Part shown: one piece after another, positions 1-16,958 of the stretch
Layout of the letters: the number at the start of each line of letters is the position of its first letter
How positions within the stretch are numbered: the first letter of the stretch is position 1
Origin: Eledone cirrhosa
Taxonomy: Eukaryota
Reading direction: 5' to 3'
DNA length: 64,000 nt
NCBI GenBank assembly: GCA_964016885.1
Contig: OZ024743.1
Span: forward strand, 335,172,001-335,236,000
The notes under the pieces: generated by a model
The model's database searches: none
The model's input: the letters and a program-made list of their open reading frames with translations, nothing else
Told to the model about the DNA's origin: nothing
Program-made: the position numbers and the translations under genes

Positions 1-350
<350 letters not shown>

Positions 351-814
351 TTAGAAACACACAGATACATGCGGACACACACATATATACATGAATGCAT
401 CCGCACCCAACTGTGAGTTAAGGGTGCCAACTTCACCGATGTTGCTCAATGAATGACTGGGACAGACCAATTCAGTTTGAACCAGACTGAACCAGTATCA
501 GAGTTAAAAATACATTATGAAGAGAGAAGAAACATTTAGATATAATTAGTAGTAAAATGTATCATACCTAAACTGCTCCTAAATTCCTCGACTACGTAGT
601 TTCGTGGCATAAACAAAAACAATATATCAAAGATATAGAGTCCCTACGGCCTCGATATGAATACCCCCTCCGCCTCCGTGGTATTTTCTTCGTGGTTATA
701 GGAGGCTTAGCTCTGTTTCTCGACCGTTATATCGCGTGACTATCTCCCCCTCCGCCTTTTGGGATTCTTTCTCACGTCGTGTAGACGCGTTCTTGAGACT
801 AGTAAAATGAGGTA

Positions 815-902
815 TCCTCTTGATAAGTTGGCAGACCTCGCAGGGACTCTATATCTTTGATATATTGTTTTTGTTTATGCCACGAAACTACGTAGTCGAG
901 GA
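815..902 (+). ncRNA. Type I hammerhead ribozyme, U3-A8 core variant, long stem II loop
   Basis: tcctc TTGATAA gttggca...tgccac GAAAC tacgta GTC gagga: stem I tcctc/gagga, stem II tggca/tgcca, palindromic stem III, GUC triplet. Confidence 0.8.
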
Positions 903-1404
903 ATTTAGGAGCAGTTTAGTATGATACATTTTATTACTAATTATATCTAAATGTTTCTTCTCTCTTCATAATGTATTTTTAACTCTGATACTGGTTCAGT
1001 CTGGTTCAAACTGAATTGGTCTGTCCCAGTCATTCATTGAGCAACATCGGTGAAGTTGGCACCCTTAACTCACAGTTGGGTGCGGATGCATTCATGTATA
1101 TATGTGTGTGTCCGCATGTATCTGTGTGTTTCTAAATATATTAATAACTCCCTCTGGTCGAGCAATCTTTGAGGTGTGGGAACAACTGGAAAGCTTCCAT
1201 TACTCATACTTCTCGCCTTCTTCACTACCTCTTCTACGGCCTCGATATGAATACCCCCTCCGCCTCCGTGGTATTTTCTTCGTGGTTATAGGAGGCTTAG
1301 CTCTGTTTCTCGACCGTTATATCGCGTGACTATCTCCCCCTCCGCCTTTTGGGATTCTTTCTCACGTCGTGTAGACGCGTTCTTGAGACTAGTAAAATGA
1401 GGTA

Positions 1405-1492
1405 TCCTCTTGATAAGTTGGCAGACCTCGCAGGGACTCTATATCTTTGATATATTGTTTTTGTTTATGCCACGAAACTACGTAGTCGAGGA
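1405..1492 (+). ncRNA. Hammerhead ribozyme (second tandem copy of 815-902)
   Basis: Same motif 590 bp downstream. Confidence 0.8.
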
Positions 1493-1564
1493 ATTTAGGA
1501 GCAGTTTAGGTATGATACATTTTATTACTAATTATATCTAAATGTTTCTTCTCTCTTCATAATG

Positions 1565-1609
<45 letters not shown>

Positions 1610-1616
1610 GTATATA

Positions 1617-1687
<71 letters not shown>

Positions 1688-1812
1688 AGTTATATTTAAA
1701 ATGTTGGGTTACAACTAGTAAATATTTATAACTGATATAAAAGCACTCAACAAGTATTTGGAGTATATTTACGATATTAAATAAATGGAAACTATATTTA
1801 TAAAACCATATT

Positions 1813-1878
1813 TATTTCATTATATATATTTCAGGGATATCATATTAACAATATGTTATGCCTTCTTCAGACAAAATA
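1813..1878 (-). ncRNA. Hammerhead ribozyme candidate (family B, inverted copy)
   Basis: Reverse complement of 3147-3212. Confidence 0.6.
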
Positions 1879-3146
1879 CAATATAGACAGTTTTATAGAT
1901 AAATAGATTTGACATACCGTTCAACATCGACTTGTATTTGAAAAAGTTGATTTGGCAGTGAAAAATTGTAAACAGAAAGAAAGAAAGAAAGAAAACGAAG
2001 AAAAAGAAGAAAAAGAAGAAATGCATGCAACAAAATAGAGAGATGGAAAGATAGATAAAGAGAAGAACTTCATGTAAAGAAACAGAGAGAGATATATAGA
2101 GAGAGGAAATAGATAGAGATAGATATATATAGAGAAAAATAGGTAGTTGAACGACGTATCAATGATACATTTATTTATTTATTTATTTATTTAGCTCTAG
2201 TATTAATGTAAGGGAGATATATGTGGTTAGGAAAGAAACCAGCCGTTATATATAGAGAAAAATGAAAAGTAACCAGACATAGGCGAGGCAGAATTTAAAA
2301 ACCCTATGTTTTAATGTAGAAATATTAGTTCGTATAAAAACCAGGCACTATAATGTAAATATCAGTATTCCTGAATGAGACACGTATCTATAATGTGTGA
2401 AAAGTAATGATCTTATGTCTAGTTTTAAAAATTCATATGTTTATATGATAACTACAAACATCGATGTGAATTTACGTGATCAACTCTGCAAACCCCTATT
2501 TCAAACGGAGAACATTCTCATTGTGCTATAAAAATTTAAGTATACATATATGTGTATATATAGACATATATATAGAGTCTACATTAATTTTAACAATACT
2601 ATTCTTGTCTTTACTCTACATGATTATCTATCAAGCAGAAATAGAGAACAGATTTCAATATATTAATAAAAATATCAGAAACAAAAACAAAAAATAATAA
2701 TAATAATAATAATAAACAAATAAATAAAATAGAAAACTAAAAAATATTACATATTAAAAATGAAAATATTAAAAATAACCACATATATCTCCCTTACATT
2801 AATACTAGAGCTAAATAAATAAATAAATAAATAAATGTATCATTGATACGTCGTTCAACTACCTATTTTTCTCTATATATATCTATCTCTATCTATCTCC
2901 TCTCTCTATATATCTCTCTCTGTTTCTTTACATGAAGTTCTTCTCTTTATCTATCTTTCCATCTCTCTATTTTGTTGCATGCATTTCTTCTTTTTCTTCT
3001 TTTTCTTCGTTTTCTTTCTTTCTTTCCTTCTTTCTTTCTTTCTTTCTTTCTGTTTACAATTTTTCACTGCCAAATCAACTTTTTCAAATACAAGTCGATG
3101 TTGAACGGTATGTCAAATCTATTTATCTATAAAACTGTCTATATTG

Positions 3147-3212
3147 TATTTTGTCTGAAGAAGGCATAACATATTGTTAATATGATATCCCTGAAATATA
3201 TATAATGAAATA
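3147..3212 (+). ncRNA. Hammerhead ribozyme candidate (AUA triplet)
   Basis: tattttgt CTGAAGA agg...cct GAAAT atat ATA atgaaata; stem I pairs with two G-U wobbles. Confidence 0.6.
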
Positions 3213-3253
3213 AATATGGTTTTATAAATATAGTTTCCATTTATTTAATATCG

Positions 3254-7610
<4,357 letters not shown>

Positions 7611-7632
7611 TATATATATATATATATATGTT

Positions 7633-7670
<38 letters not shown>

Positions 7671-7686
7671 AACATATATATATATA

Positions 7687-8176
7687 AGCCGTTTAGACGC
7701 TATTTCTGGACTAAAGTAAATTTTTAGCGTGGTGCTGATATAGCCGAACTCTTCAAGGAGTAATTCCATATATGGGCATGCGATAATCAGTCATTTTTTA
7801 TTTTTATGTTTCAATTCCTGTATAATTCTATTTTTGTTTGCTTTCCAGCTAGCCTACTTTACCCACACTCCTTAGAATTTGCTGTATAGAATTTAATTTT
7901 AACCCTTGACCGGCTTCACCCACTCCCTTTTTGTTCTACAGGTAAGTTAAGCCACACCCCATCGCTACCCCACGCCATGAAAGATTCAACTGTGTTTACA
8001 AAGAATTTCGTCCACTGCTTTTGACAACAACAACCTTCAGAAATGATGATTATCGCATGCCCATATATGGAAACACCCTCTGAAAAGTCCGGCAATATCA
8101 GCACCACGCTAAAGATTTGATTTAGTAGAGAAATAGCCGTCTGCACGGCTTGAAGCCTGCCGGCGGGGTCTTTTCC
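7687..8176. repeat. Fold-back element with diverged ~110-bp inverted arms, in (TA)n
   Basis: 7687-7797 is approximately the reverse complement of 8041-8150. Confidence 0.65.
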
Positions 8177-8742
8177 TATATATATATATATATCACGCAG
8201 TATCCTTCTTTCTTCTCATGTTTTTTATATATATTTACCTCGGCTGCGTTTGTCTGTTTCTCTCTTACTGCTTCCCCGCCTCTCTGTTTCTCTCACCTTT
8301 TTCGCCCCCTCTGTCAGTTACACTTTCTCTCGACTGACCTCTTCCTCACCTTCCACTCACTCACTCTCTGTTTCCCACCTTCTCACTTCCTCCCTTTTGG
8401 CTTGTAGTGGGACTCTTCTTGCTTAAATCTCACACACATCGGACCGTCTGTACCTCTCTCGCTCATGAAATCCACCCAGATTATGCTGACCGGACAACCA
8501 TGTTGCTTGTTTATTTTCCTATCTTCGGTTTGCTTTTATCCGTCTATGTTGTTTACTTGTCCCCCTCGCCTTACGCGAATTCTGGTCCCAATAACTGTTT
8601 TCAGTTATTGCTCGCACCAACCTGAGGTATCTGATTTTTAATGCGATGAAATACCAATGATGGTTGGAAAATCACTGACGAAGGACTATTTTTATCATAT
8701 GTAACCCATGTGCAAATCACGCAGTTTTCTTCTTTCTTCTCA

Positions 8743-8775
<33 letters not shown>

Positions 8776-8777
<2 letters not shown>

Positions 8778-10114
8778 ACAATAATAAATTTGAAGACTAA
8801 AATCCAAAGAGGGCTCGATAAAGATAAATATATATCAAATATATAAGAACCGTAGAGCAAATATTTATTAAAATAACAAATTAAAGTTTAAGCAAAGAAT
8901 CGCTGCTTTCACCCTTAACGGGATCTTCTGAAACTAACAAAGTCAATCTGTAAACGCAGAAGTGGATATTTCAAAAAACGTTGCAACCGGAGGAAGACAG
9001 GAAGACGATACTTTGGTTCGTGGAAACGTTACCTGGCAAAGAACGGGAAAAAACGAATATAATACGTCATTATAATACAGCCCCACATTATACCCTAACG
9101 GATAGTACGATCTATACGTGAATATTTAACGTCTTGATGTGGTAGATAAGTATATGTTATGTTTATACCATTACTTATTTGCATAGGTAAGTATATATTA
9201 CCTGTATGTTTTGTGAAGGTATGTATACATTCTCGTACGTATATTTGATTATATATGTTATGGCGTATATTTTTATATATTCTGGTACATATGCTTTTGG
9301 TTATGTGTATACGGGAGTTTTGCGTCTGTGTGAGTATGCGGGTTTGTACGTATGTTGGGTGTGTGTATATGTGTACTTCATGTTTTGGTTGACGGTCGTA
9401 TCCGAACATTTGTGTATTTACATGTAGGTATGTGTGTGCGATTGTTATATACGTATTTATATATTTATATACGTTCATTTAATTACTTATTTATTTGTAT
9501 ACACGCACACATACACACACACAAATTTATATGTGCGTAGTTTTGTATACCTATGGCGAGTGTTTTCGCGTATGCTTGTGTATGTACGTATTTGTATGCG
9601 TGTATGTATTTTTTTAATATCAACTACCTCTGTATTGTATTTTATTTACTTATTCTTAATTCTGAAGCGGAGAATCATTCGGTTTCCTAGTTAGAATTTT
9701 AGTCTACGACTTCAGCTATACCATTTAGGTAGTTTGGTCTTTGCGTGCAATTGTTCTCCACGTCCAACATATGACGTATTATCTTCGTTTTTTCCGTTCA
9801 TTGCCAGAGAACGTCTCTATGAACCACCTAAGAGAACATTAGCCTACGACTTCTTTCATACCATAAACGTGGTTCTGTCTTTGCGCGTAATTGTTTTTCA
9901 CCGCTCCTCTTAATGACGTGTTATATTCGTTTTTTCCCGTTCTTTGCCAGGGAACGTTTCCACGAACCAACGTATCGTCTTGCTCTCTTCCTCCGGTTGC
10001 AACGATTTTTGAAATATCCACTTCTGCGTTTACAGATTGACTTTGTTAGTTTCAGAAGATCCGGTTAAGGGTGAAACCAGTGATTCTTTGCTTAAACTTT
10101 AATTTGTTATTTTA

Positions 10115-10120
<6 letters not shown>
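8776..10120. mobile_element. Element with ~210-bp inverted arms and an internal ~140-bp tandem duplication, in (TA)n
   Basis: ~8860-9072 is the reverse complement of ~9911-10120; 9701-9826 resembles 9841-9968; degenerate HHR-like CAGAAGA...GAAA in the arms. Confidence 0.65.
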
Positions 10121-10156
<36 letters not shown>

Positions 10157-10160
<4 letters not shown>

Positions 10161-10520
10161 AAAAAAAGATGATATCGAAAATGCAACTGGAGTTTTATTT
10201 TTAAAAAGATATATATATTTATTTGGTTCCTTTACCGGTTTCGCAGTTCTTCTACTTTTCAAAAGTAGTGTTGAGAAGGAGGGTCTGTGGTTATTTTCAC
10301 ATCTGATGTGAGAAAAACCACAGACCCTCCATCCCAACTCTAATTTTGAAAAGCAGATGAACTGCAAAACCGGTAAAGGAACCAAATAAATATATATATA
10401 TTTTTTTTAAATAAGACTCCAGTTGAATTTTCGATTTCATCTTTTTTTCTTTATACTTTCACTCGTGTAGGACACCTCGGTTATTTTTCATTCTGTAAAA
10501 AAAAAACCTCACTTTCTAAT
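10157..10520. mobile_element. HHR element, family C: palindrome centred at ~10303
   Basis: 10157-10302 is the reverse complement of ~10304-10452; HHR copies at 10228-10267 (-) and 10341-10380 (+, GAAAC mutated to AAAAC). Confidence 0.8.
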
Positions 10521-10544
10521 ATATATATATACATATATATATAA

Positions 10545-10832
10545 ACTCCTGTGTGTCTGTGTGTTTGTGTGTGTGTGTGTGCATGTGTGTGTGTATATAT
10601 ATATATGTATATATATGTGTGTGTGTGTGTGTATGTGTGTGTGTGTGTGTATGTGTGTGTGTTTATATTTTTTTTCCACCAACTGCCCCCTCACACTCTC
10701 TCAGAGTCCTCCCCTTCCTACAATTCGCCTGATGAAGTCTTCTGCCCGAAACGTCGCACCTCCAACCCACACTCTCAAGCGTGAACCTAATACTTTTCAT
10801 AACTGAACTCCTGTGTTGTTATTTACTTTCCC
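10545..10832 (+). mobile_element. Short element with a degenerate minimal HHR
   Basis: gc CTGATGA agtcttctgccc GAAAC GTC gc at 10725-10759; direct repeat aactcctgtgt near both ends; TA-flanked. Confidence 0.5.
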
Positions 10833-10850
10833 ATATATATATATATATAT

Positions 10851-11070
10851 ATTAGAAAGTGAGGTTGTTTTTTTTTTACAAAATGAAAAATAACCGAGGT
10901 GTCCTACACGAGTGAAAGTATAAAGAAAAAAAAGATGAAATCGAAAATGCAATTGGAGTCTAATTTTTAAATAAATATATATATTTATTTGGTTCCTTTA
11001 CCGGTTTCGCAGTTCTTCTGCTTTTCAAAAGTAGAGTTGAGATGGAGGGTCTGTGGTTTTTCTCACATCT
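10851..11070 (-). mobile_element. Third arm of HHR family C
   Basis: Reverse complement of ~10304-10520, bounded by (TA)n. Confidence 0.8.
10994..11033 (-). ncRNA. Minimal hammerhead ribozyme, U3-A8 variant
   Basis: ctt TTGAAAA gcag aagaa ctgc GAAAC cg GTA aag; palindromic ACCGGT stem III as in minimal PLE HHRs. Confidence 0.75.
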
Positions 11071-12000
11071 TTATATATATATAAATATATGGTTTAACCA
11101 TCGTCTCAGTCTGTTTGGATTTTAATGTATGTGGTAGCTCTGGTTCGGTAGAATCTATTGAGCGCTTGCCACACATCTCGGAAGTTGTTTTTCGATAATT
11201 TCTAATAGCTGAAATACAATTCTCGCTAATTTATATTTATATATATATCTATAATAGGTGTATGGGTCTCTTGAAATAGGTGCAGGGTGGAAGGATTGAT
11301 TTGAGCGAGATTACACAGTTAAAAGAAGGAATTTTATACTCTAATAAAACAACCTTTTTAATCAATAGAGAATACACAGATAACACTAATTGAACGACCT
11401 GCAACTTTATAATAAACTATTTTCAACCTATCAGCTGAAAAAATATCAATTTTTTTGTCAAAATTTTTGGCAATTGATATGATGGAATATCGATACACTG
11501 TTTAAGCAGATGGTACTTATTTTGTATCTGAAATATCTTCAATCATCTGGTTTTGCCGAAAGAGTCCTTTGCAGAATACGATATACCAGGAATAATTGAC
11601 AATACATGTGCAATTTTGTTCAACATTGCCTTTCATCTTTCTAGGATCGATAAAATAAAGTACCAGTCAAATACTGGTTTAGTTTAAATGTGTTTCTTTT
11701 CCCCGCAAATTGCTGGGCTTGTGCATAAATTAGAAACTCCCATTTCTATTCCAAGCAATCCAATTAAAAAGTCAAAATGTCGCACACAAAATCGCATATT
11801 GTCTAATATTCCGATATGTCTCATTCCTTTGATCTTCTGGGAAGACAAGCAATGACTTTAAGATATGAAATAATTGTTCTATAATGGTTTTTCTTCGTCG
11901 TGCCTGATGGTCTTGTTGCATTTTAAGATGTAAAAGTCCTTGAGATTTATCCTCCACCGATTTTGAAGGGCCTTAAGTGTAAGCCAATTTCGATATCTTC

Positions 12001-12115
12001 AATTGACCGAAGGAATACAATCGCGAATACAAGCGGCTGAAATGGCTCCCTCGAAGGGTATTTGGCGTAACGTTACTCGATAGATTGCGTAGCTTGGAGA
12101 TCAGAGAGTCACTCA
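12001..12115 (+). mobile_element. RTE-clade LINE fragment
   Basis: Homologous to the RTE fragments at 39880-39995 and 53550-53640. Confidence 0.7.
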
Positions 12116-12208
12116 GCGGTAACTCATTCGGTATGTTAATGAGGCTACTCAACCGATGTGTATATATTTGTATATATGTTCAACCGTTCAACAGATTGGT
12201 AGAGGTAT

Positions 12209-12251
12209 ACAGTCCTGATGAAGGGTAATGGCTCAGAAACATGTTGATTGT
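12209..12251 (+). ncRNA. Hammerhead ribozyme (canonical core, GUU triplet)
   Basis: acagtc CTGATGA agggtaatggctca GAAAC at GTT gattgt; 6-bp stem I; ~125 nt upstream of a TA tract. Confidence 0.75.
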
Positions 12252-12372
12252 TCCTCAATGCCAGGGATGAACAAACAGATGACAATTTGTCATTGGCACA
12301 GCACAGCTTTAATCGGGCCATTTGTTTGCAAACTAATCGAATATGATTATTAATATTCGTTATAACCCACAC

Positions 12373-12424
<52 letters not shown>

Positions 12425-12594
12425 ATGTATATATATATATATATACTTTAGCTTTGTATTTTACTATTAACACTGATTCGATGATACAAACTTCGGAATT
12501 TAAAATATTTATATTTATATTTATCTAAAAATATGAAAATATTCCATCCTAATTATATGGTTGAATATTTATTCTTCTATAAATCAGCGTAACG

Positions 12595-12975
12595 ATGGTT
12601 TCTGATTTAGCTGCAAGGTCCACAATTTTGAGGGAATGGAAAGTTGTTTAGATCGATCCCAGTGCATTATTGATACTTTATTTTATCCACATGTAAGAAT
12701 GAATCGCAAAGTTAACCTGAGCGGGATTTGAACCCATAACATAAAGGGCCATATGCTGCTAAGAATGTTGTCCGACAATCTACCGAAACTGGCAATCCAC
12801 CTCCCTTTATGATTTAGGCACAAGGTCAACCGTTTTTAGGGAGAGGAAAATCGATTAAATCGATCCCAGTAAGTTACTGGTGCTTTATTCTATCGACCCC
12901 TTATGGATGAAAGGCAAAGCTGAACTTCAGCTCAGAACGTAAATCATGGTCTCCGACGCTCTACCGATATTACCA
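12595..12975 (-). mobile_element. Two adjacent decayed tRNA-derived SINEs (Meta/MESC-type core)
   Basis: Reverse complements of gggtcgataaaataaagtaccag and of the B-box gttcaaatccc. Confidence 0.75.
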
Positions 12976-14907
12976 CTACTCCATGCTTATATCATTTTAA
13001 TAATGCAAAAGTTAGTTAATTGTTGATTATTTTCAAAATGATTTTATAATCATAGGCAGTGTCTTTTATTAGAAGTGCAGTAATGAAAGAAATAATACAC
13101 GTTCCATAAAACGTTTGTATTTACAATGACTGAAGTACGTTGTGTGGTTTGCTAGTATTTGGTTTCAGGCTGATGAGATTTTGTAATGTTCTATACGCTG
13201 GATCTCCATCAGTCTCAGCGATCATATTTCCAATTATTCCATCAACTCAACTGAACAGCCTGCTTATGAAATTAATGTATAAGTGGCTGAGGATTCCACA
13301 AACACGTGCAGCATTAATGTATTTCGAACGGAGATGAAGCGTGACAAATTAAATAACAAGGTTGGCCCTTTCAATTACAATCAATACGATGGGTGTCCAA
13401 ACAGTTTCCGTCTATTCAAGTTCACTCACAAGGCACGAGTCGACCCCTGCTACGGTAAACAACATTGGCCAAGATGCCACACCTAACGATAGCGAAGCAA
13501 ATCTCTTAACCACCACATTGTATGTATAGTGGGAATATTGTCAACTTTGTCGTTTTCTAGTCAAATTTTCACGATCTCTTCCGATAATATATATCTCTTG
13601 TATATATTATTTTGTGAATCAGTCTAGTTGTATAATGAATTTATGTTGATTTCAGCGATTGTAATTGTGACAATTTTTATTTGAGGATAGAAAACTGGAG
13701 AGAGAAATAAAGCAAGAGTTCAGAAAGGAAGCTCACTCAGCTATCAGCTAGCACTCTTCCGAAAGAGCAGAAGCCTTCCTATGGAGAAAAAGCCATACTG
13801 CTCAACTCAGTTTTCTTTCCAAATCTCACCTACCACTTGAAATCTAGACTCTCAACAAAGCTTTAAGTGAAATCTCTCAGCCTGTAAAATGAGATGTCTT
13901 GGGCGAGCAGCTGGTAAAGGCATAGGTGATTGGATTAGAATGACAGTTGGTGCCATCCCTATCATACATTTCATAACTCAACAAAGCATAAAATGGTTTG
14001 GTGTCCTGATGAAAATTGCAAATATACAGCCGGACATGCGCGCCTATAACGCAAAGTTTTCAGGCCTCACAGTAAGAGCCATATGAACCTGCCAGTGCCG
14101 GTCTGGCAGAGTCGCAGACACGCACCACCCCTACAGTACAGCACTGTTATAGACCTCGTGACTTGATACAGATCCCAGACTTCATCTCCCCACGGTACCT
14201 TTTCGATGGAAACGTCTGGTTCAAAGGCTTTTATTCTATGTGTGTGTAGTTTTAGTGCCAGTGTGAATGTATGCAAGACTAAACTCTCCTTTGTATTTGC
14301 AACAGTGTTCAATATAATGAGTTTAATTGAGTTATGGAATGTTGTATTTCATTGACAAATTCATGCTTTTAAATAAGTATTGATTTTCGTAATTTATTCG
14401 TCTTTGTTCGTAGTAAAAATACAAAAAAAAACATTGATCACTGTTATAAATTGTAGTCGTATCGTTATTTCTAAGATCCAGCAAAGTTGCTCGAAAAGTT
14501 TTAAGTACGATTTGGATATGTTTGTATCTCAGTTTATTGCCCTCACACCTGGATAGATCTCATGCTTGTTGTCAATTTTCATTATACTTTCATCACTAAC
14601 ATTATTCGAGTCCACGAATTTTCGGTTTTTGTCGTATTTTCTTTTTAGGTGGATATTGGGATGACTTTGAGGAGAATAATTTGATCTGGGATAAGTCTTT
14701 GCGAGATTAGGAGATAAATTTGTCATCGTGTGTCGGCAATAATATTTTACTGCTATAACGACTACTCTGCTCTCATATGTTATTATTATTTATTCAATGT
14801 GAAAATGAAATTCTTCCGTTATTTGTAGCAGAGCAAATGTGGTAAAGGATTGTTACTTATATGATTGATTTTAATTTTATGTCAACGTGCATGACGGCAG
14901 AAAAAAA

Positions 14908-15110
14908 TGGGCACAAGGCCAGCTATTTGGGAGGAGGGGAAAATCGATTAAATCGACCCCAGTACGTTACTGGTGCTTTATTTTATCGACCCCGTAATGA
15001 TGAAACGCAAAATCAACCTCGGCGGGATTTGAACTCAGATCATAAAGGGCCGTAACTCTATGCTGCAAAGCATGGTGTCCGACCCTCTACCGATACTGCC
15101 AATCCGCCAA
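14908..15110 (-). mobile_element. tRNA-derived SINE (Meta/MESC-type core)
   Basis: A/B-box-like head and core shared with the other copies in the window. Confidence 0.85.
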
Positions 15111-15129
15111 TAATAAGAATAATGAAAGA

Positions 15130-15560
15130 TTTACCATACATTGAGAGGTGCTATGAGTATACGCGAGAGTTGGTGATAGAAAACGATCGAGTGAAGATGT
15201 GGTATTTCAGGATACAAACAGACAAATAATTAGAACATAATAAGACTCACTTGGTGGTTTTTGACAAGAAAAAAAGATCTTGCTTGATTATTGATGTAGT
15301 TTGCCCCTTTGACACCAGATTGCAAGAAAAGGAAAGGGAGACAATTTACTGGTACGAGGATCTAAAGTCGGAACTGAAAAGGATTTGGGACTCTTTTGAT
15401 ATCAAGGTCGTCCCCATCATCATAAGAACACTAGGTACTGTCACAAAGAGTTGCCAATCCTGGATAAAGACCATTAAAATAGCCACCCTTTGTGGAACAC
15501 TGCAAAATACATGCCGATGGGGAACAGTAAGGACCCTGCGATACGCCATAAATCTCTGAG
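15130..15560 (+). mobile_element. R4/Dong-type non-LTR retrotransposon, restriction-like endonuclease fragment
   Basis: HNK-LVVFDKKKRSCLIIDVVCPFD...KE...YEDLKSELKRIW...VVPIII-TLG, typical of the R4/Dong C-terminus. Confidence 0.85.
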
Positions 15561-16169
15561 GCTGCAGGTAGCGGCTTGATATTCATTTGTTCGGTTAAAT
15601 AACATCAATGACCGAGATATCAAATTCATAATAATAACATTGACGCCTTTTGAAAAGCTCCCCGCAAGTTTTGAAATGAATCGGATATCACTGAGGAAAC
15701 AATAGTGAATATAGCCAGAAAACGAAGAGGATTATGTTAGAGAAGAACCAACGAACCCTCCAAAATATAGATTTTATGTCAATATTGTCCCTTTCATATA
15801 CATTTCTTTGTTAACACTGGAACGTCATGGGAAATATGGAACTAGTTGTAAAAGAGCCACATCATGACGTGGAGAGTTTGCAACGTTAGAACGATAACTA
15901 CTAAAACAACAATAAAACAAAACGAAACAAAGAAAAAATAAACAAAGAAAAAATATCGCTACATGAAAGTGACATGAAATTTTATTGATTGTATTACAAA
16001 TGTTTATATTATAAAAATAGTGAAAGATGTATTGAAAAGAATCTCATAGATGTACGGATGTTAAGAAAATAATTGTAGGAAGACTAATACATTGAAAAAT
16101 GGACAAATTGAGAAGCACAAAGGCCAGTACCCAACACTAAATGGTAACAATGTAGGTGCCACAAATAAA

Positions 16170-16385
16170 AAAAAAAAATGACATGAGAGAAATATACTTC
16201 GAAGATTTTAAGGCAGGATTATACACTAAACCTGAAAACGCAACAATACATGTATATAAAATCTGGCGAAAGAAAAAAACACCCACTTTGATTTAAAGCT
16301 CGACTCTAAAAAGTTAGCAAATTTACGGAGATACATATTAAAAATCAAAACAAAAATATCAGATATGGAAATAGAGAATTTAAAA
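16170..16385 (+). mobile_element. Probable R4/Dong N-terminal fragment
   Basis: Degenerate ...IW...LDSKKLANLRRYILK...ISDMEIE, resembling the Dong N-terminus. Confidence 0.45.
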
Positions 16386-16391
16386 AAGCCA

Positions 16392-16958
16392 CTACTCTCT
16401 GGGCTCGAATAATGTCCCAAAATCCCGCTTATTAATATTTCAGATGTTCTCTACCCACCTTCCTGCTCTTATCCCCCACCCCACTTTTTAAATTTTTCTA
16501 ATCTATCTCCGGCGAAATTTTAGTGGTAGCACTCCTGCAATTTTCTTTATACATTAAGACACATTAAACATGACAAAAAAATGTAGATTACTAGAAATCC
16601 CGTTATAAAATTAATAGGATGGGTTGGGATCTCAATGTGTAAACTAAACAACTAATTCTGGTTTTTAAAACAATCAACGGAGACAACCTAGAAAAATTAC
16701 CGATCCCTCCCCCCACTTATTCTACCTCCACCATTATTTAGGACTCGATTAGGTGGTGGATTGGCAGTATTGGTAGAGGGTCGGACGCCATGCTTTGACG
16801 CATAGAGTTACGGCCTTTGCCATTCTGAGTTCAAATCCCGCCGAGGTTAACTTTGCCTTTTATCCTTACGGGGTCGATAAAATAAAGTACCAGTAATGCA
16901 TTGGGTCATTGCTGGCCTTGTGCCAAACGTAAAAACAATTATTTAGGACTCGAGAGTA
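16392..16958. mobile_element. MITE-like element with a nested SINE
   Basis: Imperfect TIRs tactctc...aataat / attatttaggactcgagagta; related copy at ~17148-17495. Confidence 0.55.
16751..16937 (+). mobile_element. tRNA-derived SINE with 16-bp TSD
   Basis: attatttaggactcga at 16733-16748 and 16938-16953; B box gagttcaaatccc. Confidence 0.9.

Larger units (their letters stand above)
351..1565. mobile_element. Non-coding HHR element, family A (retrozyme/PLE pseudo-LTR-like): 590-bp unit, about 1.55 tandem copies plus an inverted partial copy
   Basis: 646-~975 repeats directly at 1236-~1565; 351-645 is the reverse complement of ~842-1136; flanked by (TA)n on both sides; contains HHR motifs. Confidence 0.85.
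1683..3253. mobile_element. AT-rich HHR-bearing element, family B, with ~450-bp head-to-head inverted arms
   Basis: ~1770-2228 is the reverse complement of ~2777-3253; (TA)n on both sides; an HHR motif in each arm; GA/CT-rich tract in the arms. Confidence 0.75.

Noticed and set aside
16751-16850. tRNA gene (A/B boxes)
   Set aside because: These are SINE heads followed by a shared core and flanked by TSDs; no complete cloverleaf was seen.
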